DNA of 32,000 nucleotides from Candidatus Saccharimonadota bacterium (GTDB taxonomy: Bacteria > Patescibacteriota > Patescibacteriia > 2-12-FULL-60-25): the NCBI GenBank assembly GCA_023898425.1, contig CP060222.1, forward strand, positions 450,001 through 482,000, in the 5' to 3' direction. Below, one piece after another: positions 1 through 8,177 of the stretch (position 1 is its first letter; every line of letters starts with the position of its first letter). The translations under genes were made by a program, and so were the position numbers. The notes below the pieces were generated by a model. The model saw only the letters and a program-made list of their open reading frames with translations, was not told where the DNA came from and ran no database searches.

Positions 1-165
1 GGCTCTACATCAGCAGTTGTCACAAATTCTGTGCCACCCTTATTACTACCTAGCCCAAAAAGGAGTTTTTGGTTTTCAACTAAATTGATTGTGTTGCCTT
101 CTTCTGCCATTCGTTTGTAATGGTCAACAAACAATTGCTGATTATCTGTTGTAGGTGTTGTAACT

Positions 166-594
166 TCATAAAAAAATCTTATCCACCGTCGCATCTTCTG
201 GGCCCCAGGGCTCCCTAATAGTCTTTTTAACGATCTTCCCATTAAGTGTCACAGCACCTATCGGCTCATAACCTATGAAGGTAAAAGCATAGGCTAGAGG
301 TACACTTGAAAGCTCATCACATGAAAGCTCTTCGGGTGTTTGTGGATAGTTGTTAGACGTCTTAGGTTGGATCGCTGGTTCTACGACTTCTGACGCTGGC
401 TGAATTTGATTTATCATCACACTCATAGAATCTTCTGATGCGTTCAGTCGTCTATCTAGGTACACGTATCCCAAGAGCGTCATTCCAAGGGCGAACAAGA
501 TAACAAACATCGTTGCCTTTAGAAGGCTTGCATTTGTTGCCGGACGAGAGAGTTTTTTATTGAGTTTCATAGTGCAATGAGCAGATAATACCAT
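166..594 (-). CDS. Hypothetical signal-anchored protein (possibly frame-broken and running off the window)
   Basis: ORF-track ORF. A basic N-terminus is followed by a hydrophobic helix (ATMFVILFALGMTLLGYVYL). No family recognised. A stop-free frame continues from 165 to position 1 (EVTTPTTDNQQLFVDHYKRMAEEGNTINLVENQKLLFGLGSNKGG...). It is reached by a 1-nt shift inside the A7 run at 170-176. Confidence 0.5.
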   Translation of the reverse strand: MVLSAHCTMKLNKKLSRPATNASLLKATMFVILFALGMTLLGYVYLDRRLNASEDSMSVMINQIQPASEVVEPAIQPKTSNNYPQTPEELSCDELSSVPLAYAFTFIGYEPIGAVTLNGKIVKKTIREPWGPEDATVDKIFL

Positions 595-633
595 AGTCTA
601 CAATAAACGATGAAATAATCTTGATGATTACAT

Positions 634-657
634 AAAACCGCCCGAATGGGCGGTTTT
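634..657 (-). terminator. Rho-independent terminator hairpin downstream of tRNA-Ser(TGA)
   Basis: AAAACCGCCC-gaat-GGGCGGTTTT is a perfect 10-bp stem. It has A/T runs on both sides, so it could act bidirectionally. Confidence 0.7.
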
Positions 658-662
658 ATGTA

Positions 663-753
663 TGGCGGAGAAGGAGGATTCGAACCCTCGGTACGGTTAA
701 AGCCGTACGACGGATTTCAAGTCCGTTGCATTCGACCACTCTGCCACCTCTCC
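663..753 (-). tRNA. tRNA-Ser (anticodon TGA), class II with long variable arm, CCA encoded
   Basis: The reverse complement reads GGAGAGG TG GCA GAGTGGTCGAA TGC A ACGGA CTTGAAA TCCGT (variable arm) GAGGG TTCGAAT CCTC CTTCTCC G CCA. The anticodon loop is CTTGAAA. The T-stem 3' strand is only 4 nt (CCTC where CCCTC is expected). Confidence 0.85.
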
Positions 754-871
754 ATTTGGTGTGATCGTGCGAGCATAATACGCAAAACGACTAAAAAGGA
801 CAAGCTGACTCTAATCCCTGACTTCTTATAACAAAATAGCGTCCTAACATGCCGCTTGTGCGCTTTCAGTT

Positions 872-1204
872 TTACTTCACCGAATATTTTGATGCGAGGG
901 ATAACCGAAGTCTATACTCACCCCATTTTGCTTGTTCTGCACGCATTCTATTGTATACCTGAGCTGGATCAATCGCTTCATTTGCCATAACACCATCAAG
1001 TAGCTCATAGAAATATGCTAGCTGCTGTACGATCATCTCGCTTTGGTTGCTTCGAGCAGGCCAATCTAGCTTTTGTCCGGTGGTATCTAGCTTGGCTTCG
1101 AATACGTTTGAATATTTTGCTTCTAAACTCTTCTTGACTTAGCACACGAGCTTCGTGAGCACGACTATCGGCAAATGACGCTAAAATGCCATCCTTGTGA
1201 TCAT
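872..1204 (-). pseudogene. Degraded gene remnant, unknown family
   Basis: On the minus strand an 89-codon stop-free frame spans 872-1138 (KKSLEAKYSNVFEAKLDTTGQKLDWPARSNQSEMIVQQLAYFYELLDGVMANEAIDPAQVYNRMRAEQAKWGEYRLRLSLASKYSVK*). An ATG at 1204 lies in a different frame. No ORF of 60 aa or more is in the track. Confidence 0.3.
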
Positions 1205-1234
1205 ACCGCTAACCTCCGATTTGAGGTTAGCGGT
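1205..1234 (-). promoter_or_regulatory. Perfect 12-bp hairpin that contains the GGAGG Shine-Dalgarno of the remnant gene
   Basis: ACCGCTAACCTC-cgattt-GAGGTTAGCGGT. On the minus strand the GGAGG lies inside the 3' arm and the ATG at 1204 follows immediately. Confidence 0.3.
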
Positions 1235-1643
1235 AAACATATTATTGAACCAGCGTTATAGCATTCATAGTGTTATTATGCTATTATTCCGGCATCTATG
1301 CCTTTATTGAAAAAAAGTATACAGAATTTTGTTGCTTGCCCTACTTTGCAATGTATTTCTCCCATCGATGACCTATGCTGCACCTGTCACGATTGCTGGC
1401 TTTGAGATGTCCGGTAACACCGGGAATGAAGTGGCGGTTAACGCTACTGTTAATGACGTAGATTTAGAAACGGCTACTGTTACGCGAGGTTCAGGCATTA
1501 CCGCAACAAATCTCAGTAATGCTTTTTCTGCCAATAACTTTGTTATCGGAGGTACCAAATCAGATGCTTTAACAAACAATGAATATTATGAAGTCTCACT
1601 GCAATCGAAAAATGGCCTGAGTCTTTCTTTGGATCAAATAACT

Positions 1644-1747
1644 TTCAACATCAGACGAAGTAGCACAGGACCAAATGCATACCAGTGGCAATATAGCCTT
1701 GACGGGTTTGCTACCCCTGGAGTTGATATTGGCGCAGAAGGATCATA
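1644..1747 (+). repeat. Intragenic DNA repeat, copy 1 (104 nt)
   Basis: TTCAACATCAGACGAAGTAGCACAGGACCAAATGCATACCAGTGGCAATATAGCCTTGACGGGTTTGCTACCCCTGGAGTTGATATTGGCGCAGAAGGATCATA. Identical to 2199-2301 except for one extra C. Confidence 0.9.
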
Positions 1748-1857
1748 TACAGATACAGCGACGAACGGCGCTTCTATGACGCCTATTGATTTAACGACAG
1801 AAGCAGATCTTCAAAAAATCCCTGTAGGCCATACGATCACCTTTCGGCTCTATGCTT

Positions 1858-1897
1858 GGGGAGCAACCGGAGGACCTGGAACATTCGCTATCGGACG
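1858..1897 (+). repeat. Intragenic 40-nt identical repeat, copy 1
   Basis: GGGGAGCAACCGGAGGACCTGGAACATTCGCTATCGGACG is also present at 2950-2989. It encodes WGATGGPGTFAIGR. Confidence 0.85.
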
Positions 1898-2198
1898 ACA
1901 GATTGGTGATGATTTGGCTTTTGTTGGTACGCTAGGGTCTGGAGCGCTGGCTTCGTTCGAGCCACAAGGTCTCGATGGGGATGAACCATCTTTAGCGGCA
2001 ACGACCCTATCCACAGATCTTAACATCGCTCTTTTAGACCGAGGGCCAGGTATTGGTGGCTCTGCTCTCAATGACGGGTTCTCCTCTAACGCTTATACGA
2101 TAGCTGGCACAAAAACCGACGCTATCAATCAGGGTGATTATCTACAAATTACACTTGAGGCAAAAGATAATTATCGTGCTTCTTTTAGCGAGATACTC

Positions 2199-2301
2199 TT
2201 CAACATCAGACGAAGTAGCACAGGACCAAATGCATACCAGTGGCAATATAGCCTTGACGGGTTTGCTACCCTGGAGTTGATATTGGCGCAGAAGGATCAT
2301 A
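2199..2301 (+). repeat. Intragenic DNA repeat, copy 2 (103 nt, one C fewer)
   Basis: Same sequence as 1644-1747, with CCC (2269-2271) in place of CCCC. This difference coincides with the frame break. Confidence 0.9.
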
Positions 2302-2949
2302 CGTTGGAACAGAAACAAATGGACTAACGATGCCTGCAGTCAACTTAAACGTTGTGCCAGAGCTACAAAAAGCAAAAGATGTTACCTTTAGGCTCTACGC
2401 TTGGGGAGCTACGACTGGAGCAGGTACTTTTGCCCTTGCTCGACTGTCAGGTGATGATCTTGTCTTTACGGGTTTTGTGAGCCCTAATAACGTATTAGCT
2501 TTTGAGCAACTAGGCAAAAGCGGTAACGAGATTACTCTCTATTGCAACTACTATCGACACACACCTCCAAATATCAGAGTTCTCGAGAGGGGCGGGGATA
2601 GTTGCATCAGCTCTTAGTGATGCTTACTCTGCGACGGGCTTTGATGCGGGGCATACGATGGCAGACGCTATCGCCAATGATGAATATATTGAGTTTTCAC
2701 TCAATTCAAATACCGGTTGGTATGCAAACCTTGATCGTATTGAATTTAGTCTTCGACGTAGTGGTACTGGACCAAATGTGTATCAGTGGCAATACAGTAA
2801 TGACTATTTTGCAACAGCCGGCATTCCAATTGGAGTACCTGAAACATATGCAGGTATAGAAAATAACGGTCTACAGATGCCAGCGGTCGATCTTTCATCG
2901 ATACCTGCGTTGCAAAACACAACAGGAACAACTTTCAGACTCTACGCCT

Positions 2950-2989
2950 GGGGAGCAACCGGAGGACCTGGAACATTCGCTATCGGACG
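2950..2989 (+). repeat. Intragenic 40-nt identical repeat, copy 2
   Basis: Identical to 1858-1897. Confidence 0.85.
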
Positions 2990-3312
2990 GTTAGCGGGTA
3001 ATGATCTCTCACTCATCGGTGAGGTTAAAACCTACCAATATACGGTTCAATATCTTGCTGGTGTCGGAGGTAGTATCACGGGTACATCACATCAAACAAT
3101 TAACTATGGTGACGCCACAACGCAAGTTATTGCTACACCTCAGTTAGGATTTCAATTTGATTCGTGGAGTGACGCGAATTTAATTAACGCAAGAAACGAC
3201 AGCAATGTCACAAGCGACCACACATACACTGCTCAATTTTCACCAATTATCCTTCCTCCACAACAGAGTTACGGTGGACTAGGTCTATTTACCCCTCCAC
3301 CAAGCATTGGCA

Positions 3313-3324
3313 GAGAGAGAGAGA
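3313..3324 (+). repeat. (GA)6 dinucleotide tract at an ORF junction
   Basis: GAGAGAGAGAGA sits directly before the TGA at 3327-3329. The downstream ORF frame (GTG at 3326) is open through the tract. Confidence 0.9.
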
Positions 3325-3325
3325 A

Positions 3326-3925
3326 GTGACGATCGCGATGAATAGCGCTCGTGATATAGGTTTTATTGAAAATACAGGTGTAAACACTTTGTTCTTTATC
3401 CATTCAACCGCAACGTTTACGGCTCCTTCAAAAACAACTAACAAGTTAATCCCCTCAAGCGTTACACTCAAATACGCAGATCTCTATAGAAATCATATTC
3501 GTGTACAGTTTAAAGGATTGTCCGATGAGCTTACTCTAGCCATAGGGGATACTGAAAATATTGATCTTGATGGTGATGGCACCCCGATATTCAGGCAACG
3601 TTTGTCCATGTGTACGTAAATCGCATCGAGCTAACACTCCAGCCTTATAACAAATCTTTCGTAGAGGTCGTTGCTCCAGAGACTAAGCCTCAGCCAACAA
3701 AGTCCACCTCCTATATTTTTACACGTGACTTAAAAACACTCTCAACGGGCGATGACGTACAAGAGCTACAAAAAATACTTAAACTCACAAGGGTTCATAC
3801 TTGTCACAACGGGCCCAGGATCACCAGGACAAGAAACACAAAAGTTTGGTGCCGCAACTCGTAATGCTCTTATCCGTTATCAAGAACAAAATAATATTCA
3901 GCCTGCTATTGGGTATTTTAAATAA
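3326..3925 (+). pseudogene. C-terminal continuation of the surface protein with a peptidoglycan-binding (PG_binding_1-like) domain; frame-broken
   Basis: ORFs 3326-3619 and 3610-3864 plus a third frame reading LNSQGFILVTTGPGSPGQETQKFGAATRNALIRYQEQNNIQPAIGYFK*. Joined, this gives ..LSTGDDVQELQKIL-NSQGF..FGAATRNALIRYQ.., a PG-binding-type helix bundle. The breaks are at C4 3582-3585 and in the A-rich 3770-3783 region. Confidence 0.6.
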
Positions 3926-4007
3926 TAACCCGAGGTTTTATCAATAAATAGCGATTTCTTGCTCAAACGTGAATTGTTGGGTATTCTAGCGAGGCTTTTT
4001 AGCCTAA

Positions 4008-4098
4008 GGAGAGATACCCAAGAGGCTGAAGGGCAGGATTGCTATCCTGTAGGGGGCCTCAAAGCCCCGCGAGGGTTCGAATCCCTCTCTCTCCGCCA
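4008..4098 (+). tRNA. tRNA-Ser (anticodon GCT), class II, CCA encoded; anticodon arm one nt short
   Basis: GGAGAGA TA CCC AAGAGGCTGAA GGG CAGGA TTGCTA TCCTG (variable arm GGGGC..GCCCC) GAGGG TTCGAAT CCCTC TCTCTCC G CCA. The stem CAGGA/TCCTG leaves a 6-nt loop, TTGCTA, where 7 nt is expected. Confidence 0.75.
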
Positions 4099-4100
4099 TA

Positions 4101-4130
4101 GAAAAACACCGTCAATTGACGGTGTTTTTC
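4101..4130. terminator. Bidirectional terminator hairpin; core of a 50-bp perfect palindrome (4091-4140)
   Basis: GAAAAACACCGTCAATTGACGGTGTTTTTC. The palindrome extends outward to CTCCGCCATA / TATGGCGGAG, so it includes the last 8 nt of the tRNA. Confidence 0.8.
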
Positions 4131-4132
4131 TA

Positions 4133-4166
4133 TGGCGGAGTGTATTGGACGTAGTTCGATTGTATT
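4133..4166 (-). repeat. Inverted repeat, left copy (34 bp, 30/34 match to 9829-9862); reads as a gene 3' end on the minus strand
   Basis: The plus strand reads TGGCGGAGTGTATTGGACGTAGTTCGATTGTATT. The minus strand reads ..L I Q S N Y V Q Y T P P TAG, with the stop at 4132-4130. Confidence 0.85.
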
Positions 4167-4191
4167 AATGATAGGAAATTTTTGGTTTTGC
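4167..4191 (+). repeat. 25-bp perfect direct repeat, left copy
   Basis: AATGATAGGAAATTTTTGGTTTTGC is identical to 9734-9758. Confidence 0.95.
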
Positions 4192-4289
4192 TGCTGCCGC
4201 TTCAATTTACATTTATTCATGTATTTGTTATTATTTAAATATATAACATTAAAACTTTATATTTTACTTTATATACAATATTATACAAT

Positions 4290-4485
4290 ATGAGCATTGC
4301 AATTAATCTAAAAAGATCCGAGCCGAGAATGGCTATCCCTCGAAAAGGTCGCAAGGCTCGCTGATTTGTCTCTCAATACGATTGTTAAGATAGAAAATGG
4401 AGTAAATCAAAATCCTACAATCGACACCTTGTCTAAAATCGCAAAGGCATTAGAAGTCAGAGTTGATGATTTAATACAAAAATAA
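4290..4485 (+). pseudogene. XRE-family helix-turn-helix regulator, two frame breaks
   Basis: MSIAINLK.. reads in frame 1. Other frames give LKKIRAENGY and then SLEKVARLADLSLNTIVKIENGVNQNPTIDTLSKIAKALEVRVDDLIQK*. The length is 196 nt, which is 2 short of 66 codons. It is a paralogue of the intact HTH at 22242-22505. Confidence 0.65.
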
Positions 4486-4487
4486 TT

Positions 4488-5688
4488 ATGAAAAATATTG
4501 ATACTAACAACGAAAAGATCGAGGAAATTCTAACGCGTTCAATCGCTGAGATTCTGCCTACCAAAGATGGTTTACGTAACGAATTGAAATCCGGCAAAAG
4601 ACTCCGTATTTACACGGGGACAGACGCAACAGGAACATCGCTCCATATCGGACATGCTACAAATTATATGGTTTTGGAAAAACTACGTAGATTAGGGCAC
4701 GAAGTTATCTTTCTTGTTGGAGATTTTACTGCACGAATTGGGGATCCAACGGACAAAAACGAAACGGCACGAAAGCAACTTACGCGTGAGCAAGTCATAG
4801 AAAATGTTAAGACATGGATTGACCAAGTCCGACCAGTCATTGATGTTGATAACAAAGAAAATCCTGTACGGATACTTTTTAATAATGACTGGCTTTCCAA
4901 ACTATCCTTTGAAGATGTTATAAATCTCGCGTCAAATTTTACAGTTCAGCGAATGATCGAGCGAGATATGTTTCAAGTACGCATGCAAAGTAATAAGCCT
5001 TTATATTTGCATGAAATGCTTTATCCACTTATGCAGGGCTATGATTCTGTTGCAATAGATGTTGATGTTGAAATGTGCGGCAGAGACCAAAAATTCAATG
5101 CACTCGCAGGGCGCACACTGTTAAAGAAAATCAAAAACAAAGAGAAGTTTGTGTTAATAACAACATTGCTTGAAAATCCAAAAACTGGAGAAAAAATGAT
5201 GTCAAAATCAATGGGTACCGGTGTATTCCTTGATTTTGATGCAAATATAAATGTATGGATCACTCATGTCTCAACCCGATGAAAACATGAGGCAGTTATT
5301 TACTGATTGTACTTGGTTGGACCTAAAAGAAATTGACGAAATTCTCAAAACTGATAATCCGCGAGATTCTAAAATGCGTTTGGCATTTGAAATAACAAAA
5401 ATTTATCATGGTGATAAGGCGGCTAAATCTGCTGAAAATAACTTTATAGGAATCTTTCAGAAAAAGGAGCTACCTAACGAAATGCGGTCTTATAAGCTGA
5501 CTGATGATACCTCTGATTTGATCGACGTGTTGGTATTCACAGGGCTTGCAAGTAGTAAAAAGTGATGCGAGGAGATCAATTGATTCTGGATCAATAAGAA
5601 TTGACGGGATTAAGGTTATCAGTGAACTTAGTTTGCCAAAAATAAAGAATTCATTTTGCAAAAGGAAAAAGATATTTTATTAAGATAA
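4488..5688 (+). pseudogene. tyrS: Tyrosyl-tRNA synthetase (class I, HIGH/KMSKS, C-terminal S4-like domain), at least 3 frame breaks
   Basis: Motifs present: [79 protein letters not shown]. The next frame gives MYGSLMSQPDENMRQLF..NPRDSKMRLAFEITKIYHG. A third frame gives SDARRSIDSGSIRIDGIKV (S4). The breaks are near 5245-5255, 5548-5553 and 5640-5660. Confidence 0.75.
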
Positions 5689-5699
5689 CAAGCTAACGT

Positions 5700-6469
5700 A
5701 TGTTGTTAACGAAAAAACAGAAAAGCTTTTGGGACAGGAATGGTTACCTGCATTTACAGGGGATTTTACCAAAGGAATATGTCGCTGAACTATTAAAAGA
5801 GATAGATGTTTTGCACAAGAAATATGAAGTTATTGACTCAGATAAGCCTTTTCAAGTTGGGCTTGATAGAAAATTTATAGTAGCCGACCATCCCATTTTC
5901 AAGGATTTGATTGATTGTGAGTACAGCTTCCCATATATACTTGAAATAATGGGACCGTGTATTCAACTTTGCATGTCGCATGCTCTTATTAGACCGGCAA
6001 AGAATGATTTTGAGGGGTTTGTCCATACAGACGGCGGGCAATCAATGCAAAGCGTCTATATCGACGCCAAAGGTAAGCCTTTGCAAATAAAAATCCAGTA
6101 TTTTCTTACCGATGTAGATTTGAAATTTTCAGGAAATTTTATTTATAAACCTGGTAGCCACAAAATACCTTTCCCGGTTTATGATAAAGATAGATATCAA
6201 AAACGAAGAATATGCGTCAATTACTTGCCAAGGCTGGTGATGTAGCAATTTTTACGAATGCGCTTTGGCATGGAGCAACCAAAAACATATCTAACAAAGA
6301 TAGAAAGAGCTTAATCTATGGATATAATCAAATGTTTCTTCGTCCATATGATTATCACGTTGCACCAGATAATCTTCTAAATACCTGCATCAAAAGACAA
6401 CGACGCCTCCTTGGTGATTTGGGAACACTTAAGCCACAGGCGCATTATTATGCCCCCAAGATCAAATAA
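5700..6469 (+). pseudogene. Phytanoyl-CoA dioxygenase (PhyH)-family Fe(II)/2-oxoglutarate oxygenase, one frame break
   Basis: N-terminal KQKSFWDRNGYLHLQGILP, an HTD facial-triad motif (FVHTDGG) and a distal His in AIFTNALWHGATKNISNKDRKSLIYGYN. ORFs 5700-6245 and 6212-6469 overlap in different frames. The break is in the A5 run at 6199-6203. Confidence 0.65.
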
Positions 6470-6510
6470 CGATAATGGAGGGAGTAGATGAAATTCTTGA
6501 TAAATAATTT

Positions 6511-8173
6511 ATGGACAGATATTTTAAAAACTATCAAAAACTATTTGTCGGTCAAAAAGATGGCGATTTAAAAAACTCATCAACTCAATTATTTTTCTTT
6601 TGATGGATTAGATAAAACTTTTTTTTCAAAAAGTAGTGCTGTTTTTCACAACGAATCGATCAAAACCAATTTTTCTAATGAAGTCCCTGAAATTGGGAAA
6701 AAATCAAATGATGTTCTAAGAGAAATAATACCTGCATTTAAAGATATAATTCACTGGAACAATCCGAGGGTATTACATAATATTACTTCTCCATCATTAA
6801 TCGATGGGGTTGCAGCAAAAACACTGACCAACCTCTACAATCCAAATTGTATTTGGGACTATGTGAGCGGCCATTTTATCGATATGGAAAATTCTGTTTC
6901 AAACCAAATCGCAAATCTGGTCGGGTATTCAAGTGATTATAAGGGTGTTTTTACCTTTGGAGGAAAGGGACATTAATGTACGCGATTAAGTTAGGAATTA
7001 ATAGGTGTGATCCTAATAATACTATCAATGGTATTGACAAGGATATGGTTGTCCTTACGTCTGAGTCAAACCACTATTCAATAGAATACATTTGTAATCT
7101 TCTTGGTTTGGGGAAGAAGGCGTGTATACGTATACCAGTAGACAATGAAGGACTGATTGATTTTAAGACGTTCCAAGAAACAGCTGAGAGACTACTCAAG
7201 CAAAATAAAAAGATAGTATGCGTCATATTATCTGGAGGTAATTCACTGAATAATACGGTTGATCCTATAAAAGAAGTTGTTAGTTACATTGAAAATGTAA
7301 CGCAAAAATTTAATCTAAGTTATAAACCGTTTGTTCATGTAGATACGGTTATCGGATGGTTATGGTTAATGTTTAATGGATATGATTTTTCAAAAATGAT
7401 CTCAATATTAAACACGGGGCCCTCGCAAAAATTCAAAAAAATGAACACAAGGCTAATCGAATTAAAGCTTGCAGATTCGATTGGTATCGATTTTCACAAA
7501 AACGCTTTCGCGTCTTATATATCAAGTATGTATCTTTGCAAGTCAAATAAAGAATTGCTGTCATTGAATTCCAATGTATTGCAAGACAATTCTCAAAAAA
7601 AATATGGCGATAACTTCCTTCAGCACTTCACAATTGAGCATAGTAGAAGTGGCGATGGGATAATTTCCGCCTATATTTCTCTGCAAGAAATTGGGATTGA
7701 TGGGTTTAGGCAATATATCGCAAAAATGATGGAAGCTCATGATTACATCGAACATAACATTGATAGAAAAAGTTTTGAAATTATAAATCCGCACGGCTTA
7801 GGGTTTCCCGTAGTCTTATTTCCAAAACCGAATTTTTATTCTGGTTTATATAGTAATCTAGAGAATGATTCAGAGGAGGGAATATCAGAAATCAGAGATT
7901 ATTGTTACGAGTTATTTGAATATATATCTTCTCAAAAGGAGAGAATTCTCCGGTAATTGGTTATGTCTCTAATTACTCGCATTCTATTGATGGTATTGAT
8001 ATTCCTGCGCTTAAATTGTATCCAATGTCAGTTGAGATAAATGAGAAAAAAAATTGGAAGTAGCATTGACACAGTTACACGATACAAAACAGAAGTTTGA
8101 TGGAAATATGCAAAATAATATTAATGAAACAAAAAAAAAAAATTCTGGCGAAGGAATAGTGTTTCCAAAATGA
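6511..8173 (+). pseudogene. Group II PLP-dependent decarboxylase-like enzyme, several frame breaks
   Basis: Central ORF 6976-7956 has LTSESNHYSIEYICNLLGLG, FVHVDTVIGW and DFHKNAF (candidate PLP lysine). An ATG-less upstream frame reads ..HWNNPRVLHNITSPSLIDGVAAKTLTNLYNPNCIWDYVSG..FTFGGKG. The N-terminus MDRYFKNYQKLF starts at 6511. C-terminal fragments in other frames run to the TGA at 8171-8173. Confidence 0.6.
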
Positions 8174-8177
8174 ATTT

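Larger units (their letters stand above)
1298..3329 (+). pseudogene. Secreted tandem-repeat surface protein: 3 x ~185-aa uncharacterised module plus InlB-B-type repeat; frame-broken
   Basis: ORF pieces 1329-2327, 2330-2617 and 2658-3329 each carry the same module (..NEYYEVSLQS..ITFNIRRSSTGPNAYQWQYSLDGFAT..TFRLYAWGATGGPGTFAIGR..DL.F.G). The ATG at 1298 plus a shift in the A7 run at 1309-1315 gives a signal peptide, MPLLKK(K)VYRILLLALLCNVFLPSMTYA/AP. The C-terminal YQYTVQYLAGVGGSITG..FQFDSWSD..YTAQF resembles the Listeria-Bacteroides repeat. Frame breaks occur at C3 2269-2271 (the sister repeat has C4 at 1714-1717) and at about 2530-2545. Confidence 0.7.

Noticed and set aside
66-76. A third partial match (TTTTTGGTTTT) to the 25-bp direct repeat
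   Set aside because: Only an 11-nt low-complexity core matches, and it lies inside a coding frame. This is consistent with chance in AT-rich DNA.
646-831. ORF-track ORF of 61 aa on the + strand
   Set aside because: It is almost entirely the antisense of tRNA-Ser(TGA) and its terminator, so it is spurious.
1644-2301. The 104-nt repeat pair as the template and variable repeats of a diversity-generating retroelement
   Set aside because: The copies are identical except for one C indel, with no adenine-specific mismatches. Both lie inside the same gene's structural repeats, and no reverse transcriptase is present in the window.
3959-4168. ORF-track ORF of 69 aa on the + strand
   Set aside because: It reads straight through tRNA-Ser(GCT) and the palindromic terminator, so it is spurious.
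6487-6510. The ATG at 6487 (MKFLINNL..) as the start of the decarboxylase
   Set aside because: It terminates after a few codons. The ATG at 6511 gives the longer N-terminal piece that connects, after one shift, to the conserved region.
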